From: a virus
Lineage: Duplodnaviria; Caudoviricetes
IMG/VR virus record: IMGVR_UViG_3300010376_000052
Coordinates: 1-47,282 of that record
DNA length: 47,282 bases
Strand: one strand, 5' to 3'
Shown: one piece after another, positions 1 to 9,000 of the stretch
Position numbering within the stretch: position 1 is the stretch's first letter
Layout of the letters: every line of letters starts with the position of its first letter
Program-made: the position numbers and the translations under genes
Notes under the pieces: model-generated
What the model was told of the DNA's origin: nothing
The model's input: the letters and a program-made list of their open reading frames with translations, nothing else
Databases searched by the model: none

Positions 1-77
1 ACCGAGGGACTCGTTTATACGTGGTGTGATCGGTGCTCCTCCGGGGTGGTTGTTTGTCCAGGCGGACTACTCCCAGA
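1..77. repeat. Terminal overlap identical to 47206-47282 (circular assembly)
   Basis: ACCGAGGGACTCG...CTACTCCCAGA is present at both ends; 77 nt is a common assembler k-mer; the polymerase frame continues across the join. Confidence 0.97.
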
Positions 78-799
78 TCGAGTTACGCATCGCTGCCCAC
101 ATCGCCAAGGAGAGGAGGATGCGACGAGCGTTCCTCGTAGGGGAAGATCTCCATCTGGTCACCGCGTCCTCTCTTACTGGGAAATCGCCGACGATGGTGA
201 CGAAGGAGGAACGCAAGCGGGCTAAGGCCGTCAACTTCGGTTTCCTGTACGGCATGTATCCGAGGAAGTTCCAGTCGTATGCGTTCGAGAACTATGGGGT
301 CGAGGTGTCGCTCGCAGAGGCGGAGCTGGCACGTTCGAAGTACTTCTCAATGTTCTCCGATCTGGAGGGATGGCATGATCGGCAGAGGCGCGTTGCCCAC
401 AATTATCACCGCGTCGTCTCACCACTCGGACGCATACGACATCTACCAGATATCCTCTCTTCAGATAACGGTGTCCGTATGGAGGCGGAGAGGCAGGCGA
501 TCAACAGCCCTGTTCAGGCCACCGCAAGTGATCTTATGCTATTCTCCATGGTTCAGCTCGCGCCTCAGCTTGACCCGAAGACAGCTTTCTTGGTCGGCAC
601 ACTCCACGATGCTATCTTCCTCCAGGTCAGGGAAGAAGTAGTCGATGAGATAGCACCTGTGGTCAAGGACGTGATGGAGAACCTACCTCTGAAGAAGACG
701 TTCGGCGTAGATATCGACATCCCCATCATCGTGGATGTTGAGTGGGCGCAGCATTGGACGGGGACTCCCGACGCATCGGGGCTAGGAATCGAGGCATGA
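2..799 (+). CDS. polA: DNA polymerase family A, C-terminal polymerase domain (continuation of the gene starting at 45575)
   Basis: Motif A ADYSQIELR, motif B RKRAKAVNFGFLYG, NSPVQATASD, motif C TLHDAI; in frame with 45575-47282. Confidence 0.96.
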   Translation, partial: PRDSFIRGVIGAPPGWLFVQADYSQIELRIAAHIAKERRMRRAFLVGEDLHLVTASSLTGKSPTMVTKEERKRAKAVNFGFLYGMYPRKFQSYAFENYGVEVSLAEAELARSKYFSMFSDLEGWHDRQRRVAHNYHRVVSPLGRIRHLPDILSSDNGVRMEAERQAINSPVQATASDLMLFSMVQLAPQLDPKTAFLVGTLHDAIFLQVREEVVDEIAPVVKDVMENLPLKKTFGVDIDIPIIVDVEWAQHWTGTPDASGLGIEA

Positions 800-805
800 T
801 ACAAT
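797..805 (+). promoter_or_regulatory. Extended -10 (TGaTACAAT), probably driving a leaderless transcript
   Basis: TGATACAAT lies 7 nt upstream of ATG 813; no Shine-Dalgarno. Confidence 0.5.
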
Positions 806-812
806 GACGGGT

Positions 813-977
813 ATGAAACTACTAATGTCGCCCGCCGAGGTTGGCCGTATCGTCGGTGTCAGACCACGGACGGTCGCGCGTTGGTGTAGGGAGGGCAAGA
901 TCGACGCGCTCAAGATGGGGCGAGTGTGGCGGATCAATCGTGCCACAGTGAAGCGGATCGTGAAGAAGGGCGTCTAA
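813..977 (+). CDS. Excisionase-like (HTH_17/MerR-type) DNA-binding protein, 54 aa
   Basis: Hand translation MKLLMSPAEVGRIVGVRPRTVARWCREGKIDALKMGRVWRINRATVKRIVKKGV; stop overlaps next start (TAATG). Confidence 0.8.
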   Translation: MKLLMSPAEVGRIVGVRPRTVARWCREGKIDALKMGRVWRINRATVKRIVKKGV

Positions 978-2050
978 TGCCGGGGATGAACCAGTCGCGG
1001 ATCAAGCAGTTCCGCCGGTGTCAGAAGCAGTACTCCTTCCGATACGACTACGCGCCTGACGGTCTCGAGCTCGTGCCGAAGCGACCGAAGGTTCAACTGC
1101 GTAGAGGGACGTGGCTTCATGCGTTGCAGCAGGCGCATAACCTGGAGTGGGCCAAGCTGAGCGGGTTCAAGATCAAAGGTAACACATCATGGGCGCTCGT
1201 ACATGAGCAGTTCTGCGAGGATTACGATCAGCTGTTCGACGAGGAGAAGGAGGAGTACGGTGATTTGCCGACGGAGTGCTATCGGCTGTTTCAGGGTTAC
1301 CTGCGATTCTGGCGTGACGAGGCTGATCAGTATAGTGTCGCTGCGCTCCATAACGGGAAACCCGCGATCGAGTTCCTCGTCAAGTACAGGCTTCCCAAGG
1401 TCGGTCGTGACTACCCCTTCAAGGGGCGTGTCGACCTCATGGTCGAAGACAACGAGTACGGTGGTCTTTGGATCCGAGACGCCAAGTGGGTGAAGAAGAT
1501 CCCCGACGACGACGAGCGGATGATGAGTCCTCAGAACTGCATGTACGTGTGGGCAGCACGCAAGATGGGCTACGACGTGCGCGGGTTCATCTACGACTAC
1601 GGTCGAACGAAGCCGCCAGCCGTCCCCAGGGTGCTGAAGCGAGGCACACTCAGCACTGCCCAACGTATGGACACGGACTACTACACGTATCTCTGGGCAA
1701 TCAAGGAACTTCACGGCAAGTTGTGGAAAGACTACGCGAAGGCCTACTACATCGACAAGCTGAGGCAGCTGAAAGACCGTGACGTGCTGTGGTATCGCCG
1801 TGAGCGTATCCCCGTCGAAGATCACAAGATCAAGCAAGCCCTGCTCGAATTCCTCGTGTCCGTGCGTGACATCCAGCGTCGGTCGAAGTTCGCCCCGCGC
1901 TCGTACTTCTACAACTGTCGGTGGGGTTGCGAATACCACAGTCTGTGTGTGGCTGAGTTCGCAGGCCTCGACATTGAACCGCTGATCAAGGCAGACTACA
2001 CAACGGAGGAAGAAAGGTATGCCTCAGAGCCAGATTTGCTCGCCGACTGA
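977..2050 (+). CDS. Cas4-like PD-(D/E)XK exonuclease
   Basis: SRIKQFRRC, RGTWLH, GRVDL...IRDAK, C-terminal CRWGCEYHSLC (4-Cys Fe-S staple); ATG 977 is coupled to the upstream stop. Confidence 0.85.
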   Translation: MPGMNQSRIKQFRRCQKQYSFRYDYAPDGLELVPKRPKVQLRRGTWLHALQQAHNLEWAKLSGFKIKGNTSWALVHEQFCEDYDQLFDEEKEEYGDLPTECYRLFQGYLRFWRDEADQYSVAALHNGKPAIEFLVKYRLPKVGRDYPFKGRVDLMVEDNEYGGLWIRDAKWVKKIPDDDERMMSPQNCMYVWAARKMGYDVRGFIYDYGRTKPPAVPRVLKRGTLSTAQRMDTDYYTYLWAIKELHGKLWKDYAKAYYIDKLRQLKDRDVLWYRRERIPVEDHKIKQALLEFLVSVRDIQRRSKFAPRSYFYNCRWGCEYHSLCVAEFAGLDIEPLIKADYTTEEERYASEPDLLAD

Positions 2051-2378
2051 GGCAGCGTACATCGCGGGCTTCTTTGATGGTGAGGGTAGTATCAACATCA
2101 CCAACAAGGGTCAGGTGAGAGTAGTTATGTCGCAGAAGAAGCCCGAGGTTCTCTACTGGATTCGAGATACTTTGGGCGGTGGTACAGTTAGACAACTTAC
2201 TAAACGCGGTGAGGCGTACGAGTGTTGGCGGTACGGTGTTTACTCCATTCGCCAGGTGTGTAGTTTCTTGGACATGGTACTTCCGTATGTAGTAGTGAAG
2301 CGTAGGGAGGTAATGAGAGCAAGGGAGCTTATGAAGATACCGGGGAGACAACGGATAGGACTGAAGATTCGTGGCTAG
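2019..2378 (+). CDS. Free-standing single-motif LAGLIDADG homing endonuclease
   Basis: AAYIAGFFDGEGSI motif, then VMSQK..EVL.WI...LGG.V and LPYVVVKR. Confidence 0.88.
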   Translation: MPQSQICSPTEAAYIAGFFDGEGSINITNKGQVRVVMSQKKPEVLYWIRDTLGGGTVRQLTKRGEAYECWRYGVYSIRQVCSFLDMVLPYVVVKRREVMRARELMKIPGRQRIGLKIRG

Positions 2379-3162
2379 GGGTAGAACAACTGACCGATCG
2401 AAGGTTAGTGAACGCGTCCGCGCGAAGATTCATCCTGCGTCAGAACTACCGCAGAATCAGAACTTCCTGATCTACGGCGACTCAGGCACGGGTAAGACGC
2501 GTCTGGCTTCGACCGCACCGAAGGTGCTCGTCGTGGACGTGAACGACAAGGGGCAAGATTCCGTTCGCCGTGATCTGAACCCAGACTTCATCCAGATCGA
2601 GTACTGGCGTGAGGTCATCGACATCTACTGGTTCCTACAGGAGGGGGACCACGAATATGAGTCTGTGGCTATTGACACCGTCTCAAACCTACAGAATATC
2701 TGCATGGACTTCGTGCTTGGAGATGAAGCGAGTCGTGACGCCAGCAGGGATCCAGATATGCCTTCGCGTCAGGCATGGGGTAAGGTTGGAAAACTCATGC
2801 GAACTCAGATCATTAACTTCCGCAACCTCCCCATCAACACCATCTTCGTAGCCCAGTTACGAGCCAAGCAATCGGGGGACGACGAGGATGATGAGAGTGA
2901 AATCGTCTACGGTCCTGAAGTCTCACCTAGTATTGAGAAGTCCCTCAAAGCAGCAGTGGGGACAATTGGATATCTCACCAAACGGGAGGTGGTCATTAGG
3001 AACAGGAAAACGAAGGCCGCGCGCAAGGAGGTCAGACGCCGGCTGCTCCTAGGCGACTCGGAGCGCTATGTCTCGAAGGACCGCAACGGTATGTTTCCAC
3101 AGCATATCGACGCGCCTGACCTCGCGGAGATGCTGGCACTGATATACGAAGGGAGACAGTAG
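2371..3162 (+). CDS. AAA_24/Sak4-like P-loop ATPase (recombination/annealing)
   Basis: Walker A IYGDSGTGKT, Walker B VAIDTVS, C-terminal SKDR; sits between Cas4-like nuclease and SSB-like gene. Confidence 0.8.
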   Translation: MARGRTTDRSKVSERVRAKIHPASELPQNQNFLIYGDSGTGKTRLASTAPKVLVVDVNDKGQDSVRRDLNPDFIQIEYWREVIDIYWFLQEGDHEYESVAIDTVSNLQNICMDFVLGDEASRDASRDPDMPSRQAWGKVGKLMRTQIINFRNLPINTIFVAQLRAKQSGDDEDDESEIVYGPEVSPSIEKSLKAAVGTIGYLTKREVVIRNRKTKAARKEVRRRLLLGDSERYVSKDRNGMFPQHIDAPDLAEMLALIYEGRQ

Positions 3163-3683
3163 TGGCAAGGAAGATCAAGATTGACTTCAGTGGAGTGGAC
3201 AAGGGGATCCGCTCCGGAGGCAGGGCAGCGCACGTGCCGGAGGGCGATTATCTCGCCAAGCCGGTGAACGCTGAACTTCGCAAGTCCGAGAAGTCTGGTG
3301 GCCGCTACCTGTCGTGGCGGTTCCAGATCATCGAGCCCAAGAAGTTCAAGGGCAAGACACTGTACGACCGCACGTCGCTCAAGCCCGACGCTCTGTGGAA
3401 TCTTCGGAATCTGATCAACGCTGCGCTCGGCAAGAACGTCGCCGGTAAGGTGGTCAACTTTGACCCCGAGGTGGCGTACGGCAAGACCGTGATGATCACC
3501 GTGGAGGACGACGAGTACGAGGGCAAGATCCGCAGCCAGATCGTCGACTACCAGCCCAAGGACAAGTTCGAGGAGGGCGATGGCGAAGAGGAAGACGACG
3601 ACGAAGAAGAGTACGACGAAGAGGAGGAAGAAGAGGACGAGGAAGACGAGGATCTCGAAGACGTAGACGTCGAGGAGCTGTAA
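3162..3683 (+). CDS. ssDNA-binding protein (DUF669-like) with long acidic tail
   Basis: VPEGDY start, beta-rich core, about 40-residue D/E tail; typical context after a Sak4-like ATPase. Confidence 0.7.
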   Translation: MARKIKIDFSGVDKGIRSGGRAAHVPEGDYLAKPVNAELRKSEKSGGRYLSWRFQIIEPKKFKGKTLYDRTSLKPDALWNLRNLINAALGKNVAGKVVNFDPEVAYGKTVMITVEDDEYEGKIRSQIVDYQPKDKFEEGDGEEEDDDEEEYDEEEEEEDEEDEDLEDVDVEEL

Positions 3684-3703
3684 GTTCCGCTGCGCGCGGG
3701 AAG

Positions 3704-3737
3704 GAGAAGGGCCCCCTATGCGGTGGGGGCTCTTCTC
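3704..3737 (+). terminator. Stem-loop after SSB gene (terminator or translational control of next gene)
   Basis: GAGAAG-GGCCCCC...GGGGGC-T-CTTCTC inverted repeat. Confidence 0.5.
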
Positions 3738-3742
3738 ACCTT

Positions 3743-4012
3743 ATGAAGACAAGCCCTCATAGATGTAGAACCAAAGCAGATCGTCGGCGTTTCCGCGACT
3801 ACGGATTGACTCGGGAGGCGTTCGATCAGCTGGTCGTTGAGAGTAAGGGTCGGTGCATGATATGCCGACGCCGACGTAAGCTGCACGTCGACCACGACCA
3901 TGCTACAGGTGAAGTGAGAGGATTGCTGTGTCGGCAGTGCAATATCGGCATCGCATACCTCGGAGATAATCCCAAGGGGCTTCGACGTGCTCTGAGGTAC
4001 CTCCTTCGCTAG
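3743..4012 (+). CDS. Endonuclease VII-like (His-Me) nuclease
   Basis: YGLT, CMIC, LHVDHDHATGEVRGLLCRQCN. Confidence 0.88.
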   Translation: MKTSPHRCRTKADRRRFRDYGLTREAFDQLVVESKGRCMICRRRRKLHVDHDHATGEVRGLLCRQCNIGIAYLGDNPKGLRRALRYLLR

Positions 4013-4120
4013 TCCTCCCGTTTTTGTTATCATCTCATGTGAGGGACGGGCCGGAAGACTTCGGGTTACCTTTCATCAGGAGAAAACCCCGTAGTCACCA
4101 ACACGACCGTCCCTTTTTCT

Positions 4121-4501
4121 ATGCCTAGACAACCAGAAGGTAAACTCGTAGCCAAGGTAAAAGACCTCATCAAGGACAAGGGCGGACGGCCCTTCAAGAT
4201 ACAGGGCACTGACGATACCTTCCAGGAAGTCGGGATTCCGGACATCCTCTGCTGCTACCGAGGATTGTTCGTCGGCCTAGAAGCGAAGCTGCCAGGCAAT
4301 AAGCCAACGCCGAAACAGCTGAGGGTGCTTGACGAAATCGCGGAGGCTGGCGGCATCGCCGTCGTCTTCACAACGGTCGGGCAGGTAGCTTCCTTGCTAG
4401 GGAAGATCGATCGGGAGGTAGAACGTGCATCGTCTCGCCTTGGTGGTACTGTGTACCGCCTCGATCGTCCTGGTGATGGGAACGTCCGTCGCCAGCGCTA
4501 G
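4121..4501 (+). CDS. VRR-NUC domain nuclease / Holliday junction resolvase
   Basis: E.KL, GIPDILCC, GLEAK, PTPKQ, GGIAVV. Confidence 0.85.
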   Translation: MPRQPEGKLVAKVKDLIKDKGGRPFKIQGTDDTFQEVGIPDILCCYRGLFVGLEAKLPGNKPTPKQLRVLDEIAEAGGIAVVFTTVGQVASLLGKIDREVERASSRLGGTVYRLDRPGDGNVRRQR

Positions 4502-4766
4502 CCTGATTCACCGCTACCCACGCATCGTCCACAACCTACTCTGCATCCATCGCTATGAGGGGAGCTGGAGGGACCCCTTCTCACCTTACTGGGGCGGGCT
4601 GCAGATGGATCTCACTTTTCAGAAGACGTACGGCCCCCGCTTTTACCGACTGTGGGGGACAGCCGATCACTGGCCCGTATGGGCGCAGTTAGAAGCTGGG
4701 GTACGTGCAGTCCTCGTCAGAGGGTATTCGCCCTGGCCGCGTAGTCGCTTGTATTGCGGCGTCTGA
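4425..4766 (+). CDS. Secreted Rpf-like (lysozyme-fold) transglycosylase
   Basis: N-terminal hydrophobic signal ending ASA; CIHRYEG (catalytic Glu), YWGGLQM, AQ, GYSPWP...C, matching the Rpf pattern C..E...YGGLQF...Q...WP.C. Confidence 0.75.
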   Translation: MHRLALVVLCTASIVLVMGTSVASASLIHRYPRIVHNLLCIHRYEGSWRDPFSPYWGGLQMDLTFQKTYGPRFYRLWGTADHWPVWAQLEAGVRAVLVRGYSPWPRSRLYCGV

Positions 4767-4879
4767 CACGAATGCCGCGTTCAGCGTGAATGAGTTGCGT
4801 CACTCACACGTGCCCTCATCCGAGGGGATCTTCTGATGCGTGCTGCAGTGATGCCGAAACGCTGATCGACGACGAGTGT

Positions 4880-4912
4880 GAGGGTAGGGGCCGAGGCTAG
4901 ACCCCTACCCTC
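4880..4912. terminator. Hairpin between convergent operons, probably a bidirectional terminator
   Basis: GAGGGTAGGGG...CCCCTACCCTC perfect 11-bp stem. Confidence 0.7.
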
Positions 4913-4993
4913 TGCGGTTGCCTGTGGCTAGGGAGGGGCGACCGCTGTTAGCCGGTGAGCGGCGACTAACCTTACTACCCCGCGAGCGGGGAA

Positions 4994-6085
4994 TTACTTG
5001 CCCTTCGGTGCCGGCAGCATCCCGGTGTAGCGACGTGCCGCGACGAACCCACCACCGAGGTAAGACTTGAGGGGGATGTAGGAGTTCACTGTCCCAGTGT
5101 GAGGCGACTCCTGGATCATGCCATGCCCGATGTAGAGCCCGACATGGTTGGGGCCCGCGTGACCCGGTTCCGTGAACACTGCATCCCCCGGCTTCAGTTG
5201 CTTCAGACTCACGGGCTGGCCTTCGTTGACCTGCTCGTAGGTTGTGCGACCGATCTTGATGCCTACATCCCGCATCACGTTCTGGAGGAATCCGGAACAA
5301 TCCATCCCTGACTGACGAGATGTACCACCCCACTTGTATGGCACGCCAAGATATCCATGTGCAGCCTGCACGATGCCCTGCCCACCGCCTCCTCCCTGCA
5401 CGTTCACGGTCAGTCGGGGACCAAGCGAACGGAGGATAGAGTTGTAGGGTGTGGGGTTGGACTTGTCTGAGACGTACTGCTGCCACGCATTAGGATCCGT
5501 ACCACCCAGATCGAGGCCAGGAGTAGTCTCATCAAGACTGCTGCTCATGGTGTCGGGTAGCGCCTTCTGTCCCTGCTGCGCGAGGTTCTCTGCCATCGCC
5601 ATGAAGTTGGGCATCTTCGGAGTGGGAGTTGTGGGAGCGCTCAGACCCGGGCCCGCTGAGGCAGCAGAGGCGGGCGGCGACTGCTGGGGAGCAGCCCCCA
5701 CACTTGGGAGACCACCAAGAATCTGGTGAACGTAGTCCTGGGTCTCTGCGAATGGAGGCACGCCACCATACTTGACCACAGCTCCTGGGCCTGCATTGTA
5801 CGCTGCGAGTGCCTTGCTCCAGGAGCCGAACTTCGCGTATTGGTCGGCGAGGTACTTCGCTCCACCCATGATGTTCTGCTGCGGGTTGAACGGATCCGAC
5901 ACGCCGAGACCCCTTGCCGTACTCGGCATCAACTGCATCAGTCCCATCGCGCCTGCCTGTGATCTGGCAGTGGGATTGCCCCCTGACTCTGCCATGATAT
6001 GACGCTCGAGGAGCTGAGGCGGAATGCCGTACATCTTCGCTGCCCTGCCGATGATGCCTGAGTAGAGTGCGAGTGCGTTAGCCAT
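4994..6085 (-). CDS. Virion-associated peptidoglycan hydrolase: SLT lytic transglycosylase + NlpC/P60 peptidase
   Basis: ESGGNP..S.AGAMGLMQLMP and AYNAGPG (SLT); YKWGG, DCSGF, HVGLY (NlpC/P60); Pro/Ala linker. Confidence 0.9.
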   Translation of the reverse strand: MANALALYSGIIGRAAKMYGIPPQLLERHIMAESGGNPTARSQAGAMGLMQLMPSTARGLGVSDPFNPQQNIMGGAKYLADQYAKFGSWSKALAAYNAGPGAVVKYGGVPPFAETQDYVHQILGGLPSVGAAPQQSPPASAASAGPGLSAPTTPTPKMPNFMAMAENLAQQGQKALPDTMSSSLDETTPGLDLGGTDPNAWQQYVSDKSNPTPYNSILRSLGPRLTVNVQGGGGGQGIVQAAHGYLGVPYKWGGTSRQSGMDCSGFLQNVMRDVGIKIGRTTYEQVNEGQPVSLKQLKPGDAVFTEPGHAGPNHVGLYIGHGMIQESPHTGTVNSYIPLKSYLGGGFVAARRYTGMLPAPKGK

Positions 6086-9000
6086 TATCTACCCGGTGTG
6101 AGTGTCGGTGGCGCCGTGTTCTTGACGGCGTCCTTGTATGCGTTGGAGACTGCACCAATACCTGAGGAATCCCACCATGCGGTGGCAAGTGCCGTCAGCG
6201 TGGTATCGTCGGTGCTGGTGTTGATCAGATGCTGGTCGGCAAGCGCCTCCGCCGAGGAGATGTACTTGTACTGGTGGAGAAACTGTACCGCTGCCTCGGC
6301 ACGGTTCTTCGGTGGCAAGCTGCGGATGCTGTTCGCACCGTGTGCCTGCGCGTAGTGATACTGCCAGGTGTCGCGCTCCTTGACCATCTCGAGGTCGTGA
6401 CGCCAGCTGCTGAGCTGGTTGCCTGAGATCCCAAGCTGTTTGGCCTGCTGTGGCATTTGCTCCAACGCGCGGTTGTACCGGAAGTTGATTTCGTCGGGCT
6501 TCGCCAGCATCTGCTCGAAGTCCTTGACACCCAGCGCGCCGGTTTCCTTGGCGCTGCGCAGGTGAGACACAGGAACTCCGAACTCCTGCAGAGCAGCAGG
6601 CAGCAACCCCTGCTTAAACGTGCCGCCACCCTTCTTGGACTCGAAGAGTGACTTGCCCACAGCGTAGGGTTCGAACCGCGAGATGAGGTCCAGTATCGGC
6701 TGCGTCAGTCGTTGGTTGCCCTTCAACTGCTGACCATACTTCGTCAGTCCTGTAAGCGCCTCGAGGCCTGCGCCGAGACCAGGTGATTCCATGCCCGCCA
6801 GCGATTCAGTCTGACCCTTAGTCGCAGCAGGCAACATCTGAAGCAGCTCGCCCGCCGTCTGTGCGGGGTTGATCACGCCACCCTCACCGAGCCATGGTGA
6901 ATCGCCCTTGCCCATCGGCAGGTAACCCTCGAGCCACTGAGGCGGTAGACCTCCACCATGCTTCATGTAGTAGTCAGCGACGGCTTGATGGCCCTGCTGC
7001 CCCAGCTGCGACGCGATGCCGAACTGGATGGGATGCTGGAACGCGAAGCGACCTGTGTAGGTCGTAGCGCCTCGTGTCCATCCCCACGCAGTGAACATCT
7101 TCTGCACTGTAGCCCGCTCCATCGGGGACATCTCACTGTAGTCGATAGCCTCACGCTGTGCCTGCCGTGCGATGCTGCGGAACTTCGCGGGGTCGTTGTG
7201 CATGAGGTTGGAAACCTGATCCGCAGTCGTGTAGCCATCACGATGAAGCTCGTGGGCGAGGCTCATGCGACGGAACGGTGCGTCGTCCACAGCGTGCCAG
7301 AACTTCGCTGCCTTCTGCGTGAATCCCTTGGCGCCGGGGATTGCCTGCTCAAGCTTCACAGGTCCGAGGTGAGTGGTCTCACTACCTGCTGAGGCACGTG
7401 CAATGCCACCGCCGAAGTGACCCGCGCCCACAGCGTTGTCGTAGAGTGCCTTGTCTGTGGCTGAGAACTTCGAGTACTCGTTCTTGACCCAGAGCGCGTT
7501 GCGGACTACGTGCATGCCAGCCTGCGACAGGTGGAGGATGCCGTTCTGGAGCGCCCATGCGATGTAGCCAGGATGCAGGAAGCGACCAGCACGCACGAGC
7601 TGGGTCACATTGTCCATCGTGTTCACTGGCTTCTGCAGCATGCCGAGGCTGGGATCCTTCATCCGCATCTGATTCCAGGTGCGCTTCGGCATGAACGCGT
7701 ACTCGTTCGGTGCCTCCCTGACCTGCTCAGCAGCTGTCGCGTCGTGAGTGTTCTGGACGATCGTCTTGTCCCACTGCCGACTGATGTTGGCCTCACTGTT
7801 GTAGGCCTTCGCGTTCTTGAGTATATCCTCCTTGGGCGGAGGCTTCTTGATCGCCACGTAGTCTTGGAGATTGTTCTCGATGTGCGGATTCCAACCCATT
7901 CCGCCCTCGTAGAGATTGTGCCACTCGTCGGCGTGAACCTTCGCACTGCCCTGACCATACGCGAGTCGCTGAATCTCACCGGGGTGGGGCTGGTTGCGAA
8001 TATCCACGTTCGGGATCTGTGCTGTGTCGGGGTAGGGACCCTTGAGACCTGCCTCACGAGCGAGGCGAACCTCAGCAGCACCTCGCTCCATCTGCGTCTT
8101 CATCTCAAGGTCGCGGCGAATGAACTTACCGTATCGTCCCTGCGCGAGGCCAGTGAGCGGGTTGGGGATCTCGACGTCCCTACCCATGGCACGGAACGTG
8201 GGCTTCACGCCCTTCATCAGCGCCTTGACCGTGTACGGATCAAGGATCCTCGTCTGGATCAACGCACCGAGAGCACTCTTCGCTGTAGGCGGCATGACAG
8301 CGTATGGGTCAGTACGATTTGCTTCGCCCAACTTCTCGTTGGCCAGCTTCATCAGCTTGTCAGACAGCGCCTTTTCCGCGTCAGGCGTAAGTCCACCACC
8401 CTTACCGTGGAGGTTGATCTTCACTACCTGACCCGTCTGAGGATCACGGATGCCCGACGCCTGCAGCATCCCCTTGCCCTCAGGCATATCCGAGTGACCC
8501 AAACCTGGCGGTCCGAACAGCGACTTCTCGGGGTTCTTCGTGTGCGCGTAGATAGGCATGCGTGGGAAGTGGTTATCCGCGTACATGCCCTTGTCGTACT
8601 TCATGGAGTCGAAGCCGCTGAGGTTGAAGTGCTTGTCAGCGGGGCCAGTACCCATGAACCGCCGTACGCCGTGAGGTTCTGTGAGACGCTTGGCGACAGC
8701 CATCGTCGCTTCTGTCGGTGTCATCTCACCCGCGCGAGCAGCAGACAAGATGTCCGCGATCGAGCCACCCTTGAGCGCCAACGATGCACCGCCTGATGCC
8801 ACAGGGAGGACGTTAGTGATGAGTCCGAACGGGTCTTCCTGCCACTGACGAAGTGGGTGGTTGATCGTCTCGCCATAGCTGTGGAGGAATCCCTTGCCTA
8901 CCGTTGCGAAGTACGGCTCCTGACTCGGGATGGGTGTACCGCCTGGCTTCATGCCCATCGCCCTCGAGGTCTGCTGTCCAAGGCGTGCACCCGCCAACCC

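Noticed and set aside
813-977. Excisionase implying a temperate lifestyle
   Set aside because: No integrase, ParA or repressor cassette was found; such HTHs are common in lytic replication modules
3580-3680. GAR/GAY tandem repeats (also 34770-34890 and 35215-35285)
   Set aside because: They simply encode acidic protein tracts
4041-4113. Minus-strand CTGATGA as a hammerhead core
   Set aside because: It is followed by GAAG rather than GAAA and has no proper stem II
4779-4866. Hammerhead-ribozyme-like arrangement (TCAGCGT...CTGATG...GAAACGCTGA)
   Set aside because: The core reads CUGAUGC rather than CUGAnGA, the cleavage triplet would be GUG, and stems I/II are unconvincing; some hairpins may still be real
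7510-8796. 428-aa + strand ORF, and similar long antisense ORFs (1187-1939, 14314-15297, 18124-18930, 22632-23441, 28195-29424)
   Set aside because: Shadows of real genes on the opposite strand in high-GC DNA; no motifs or RBS
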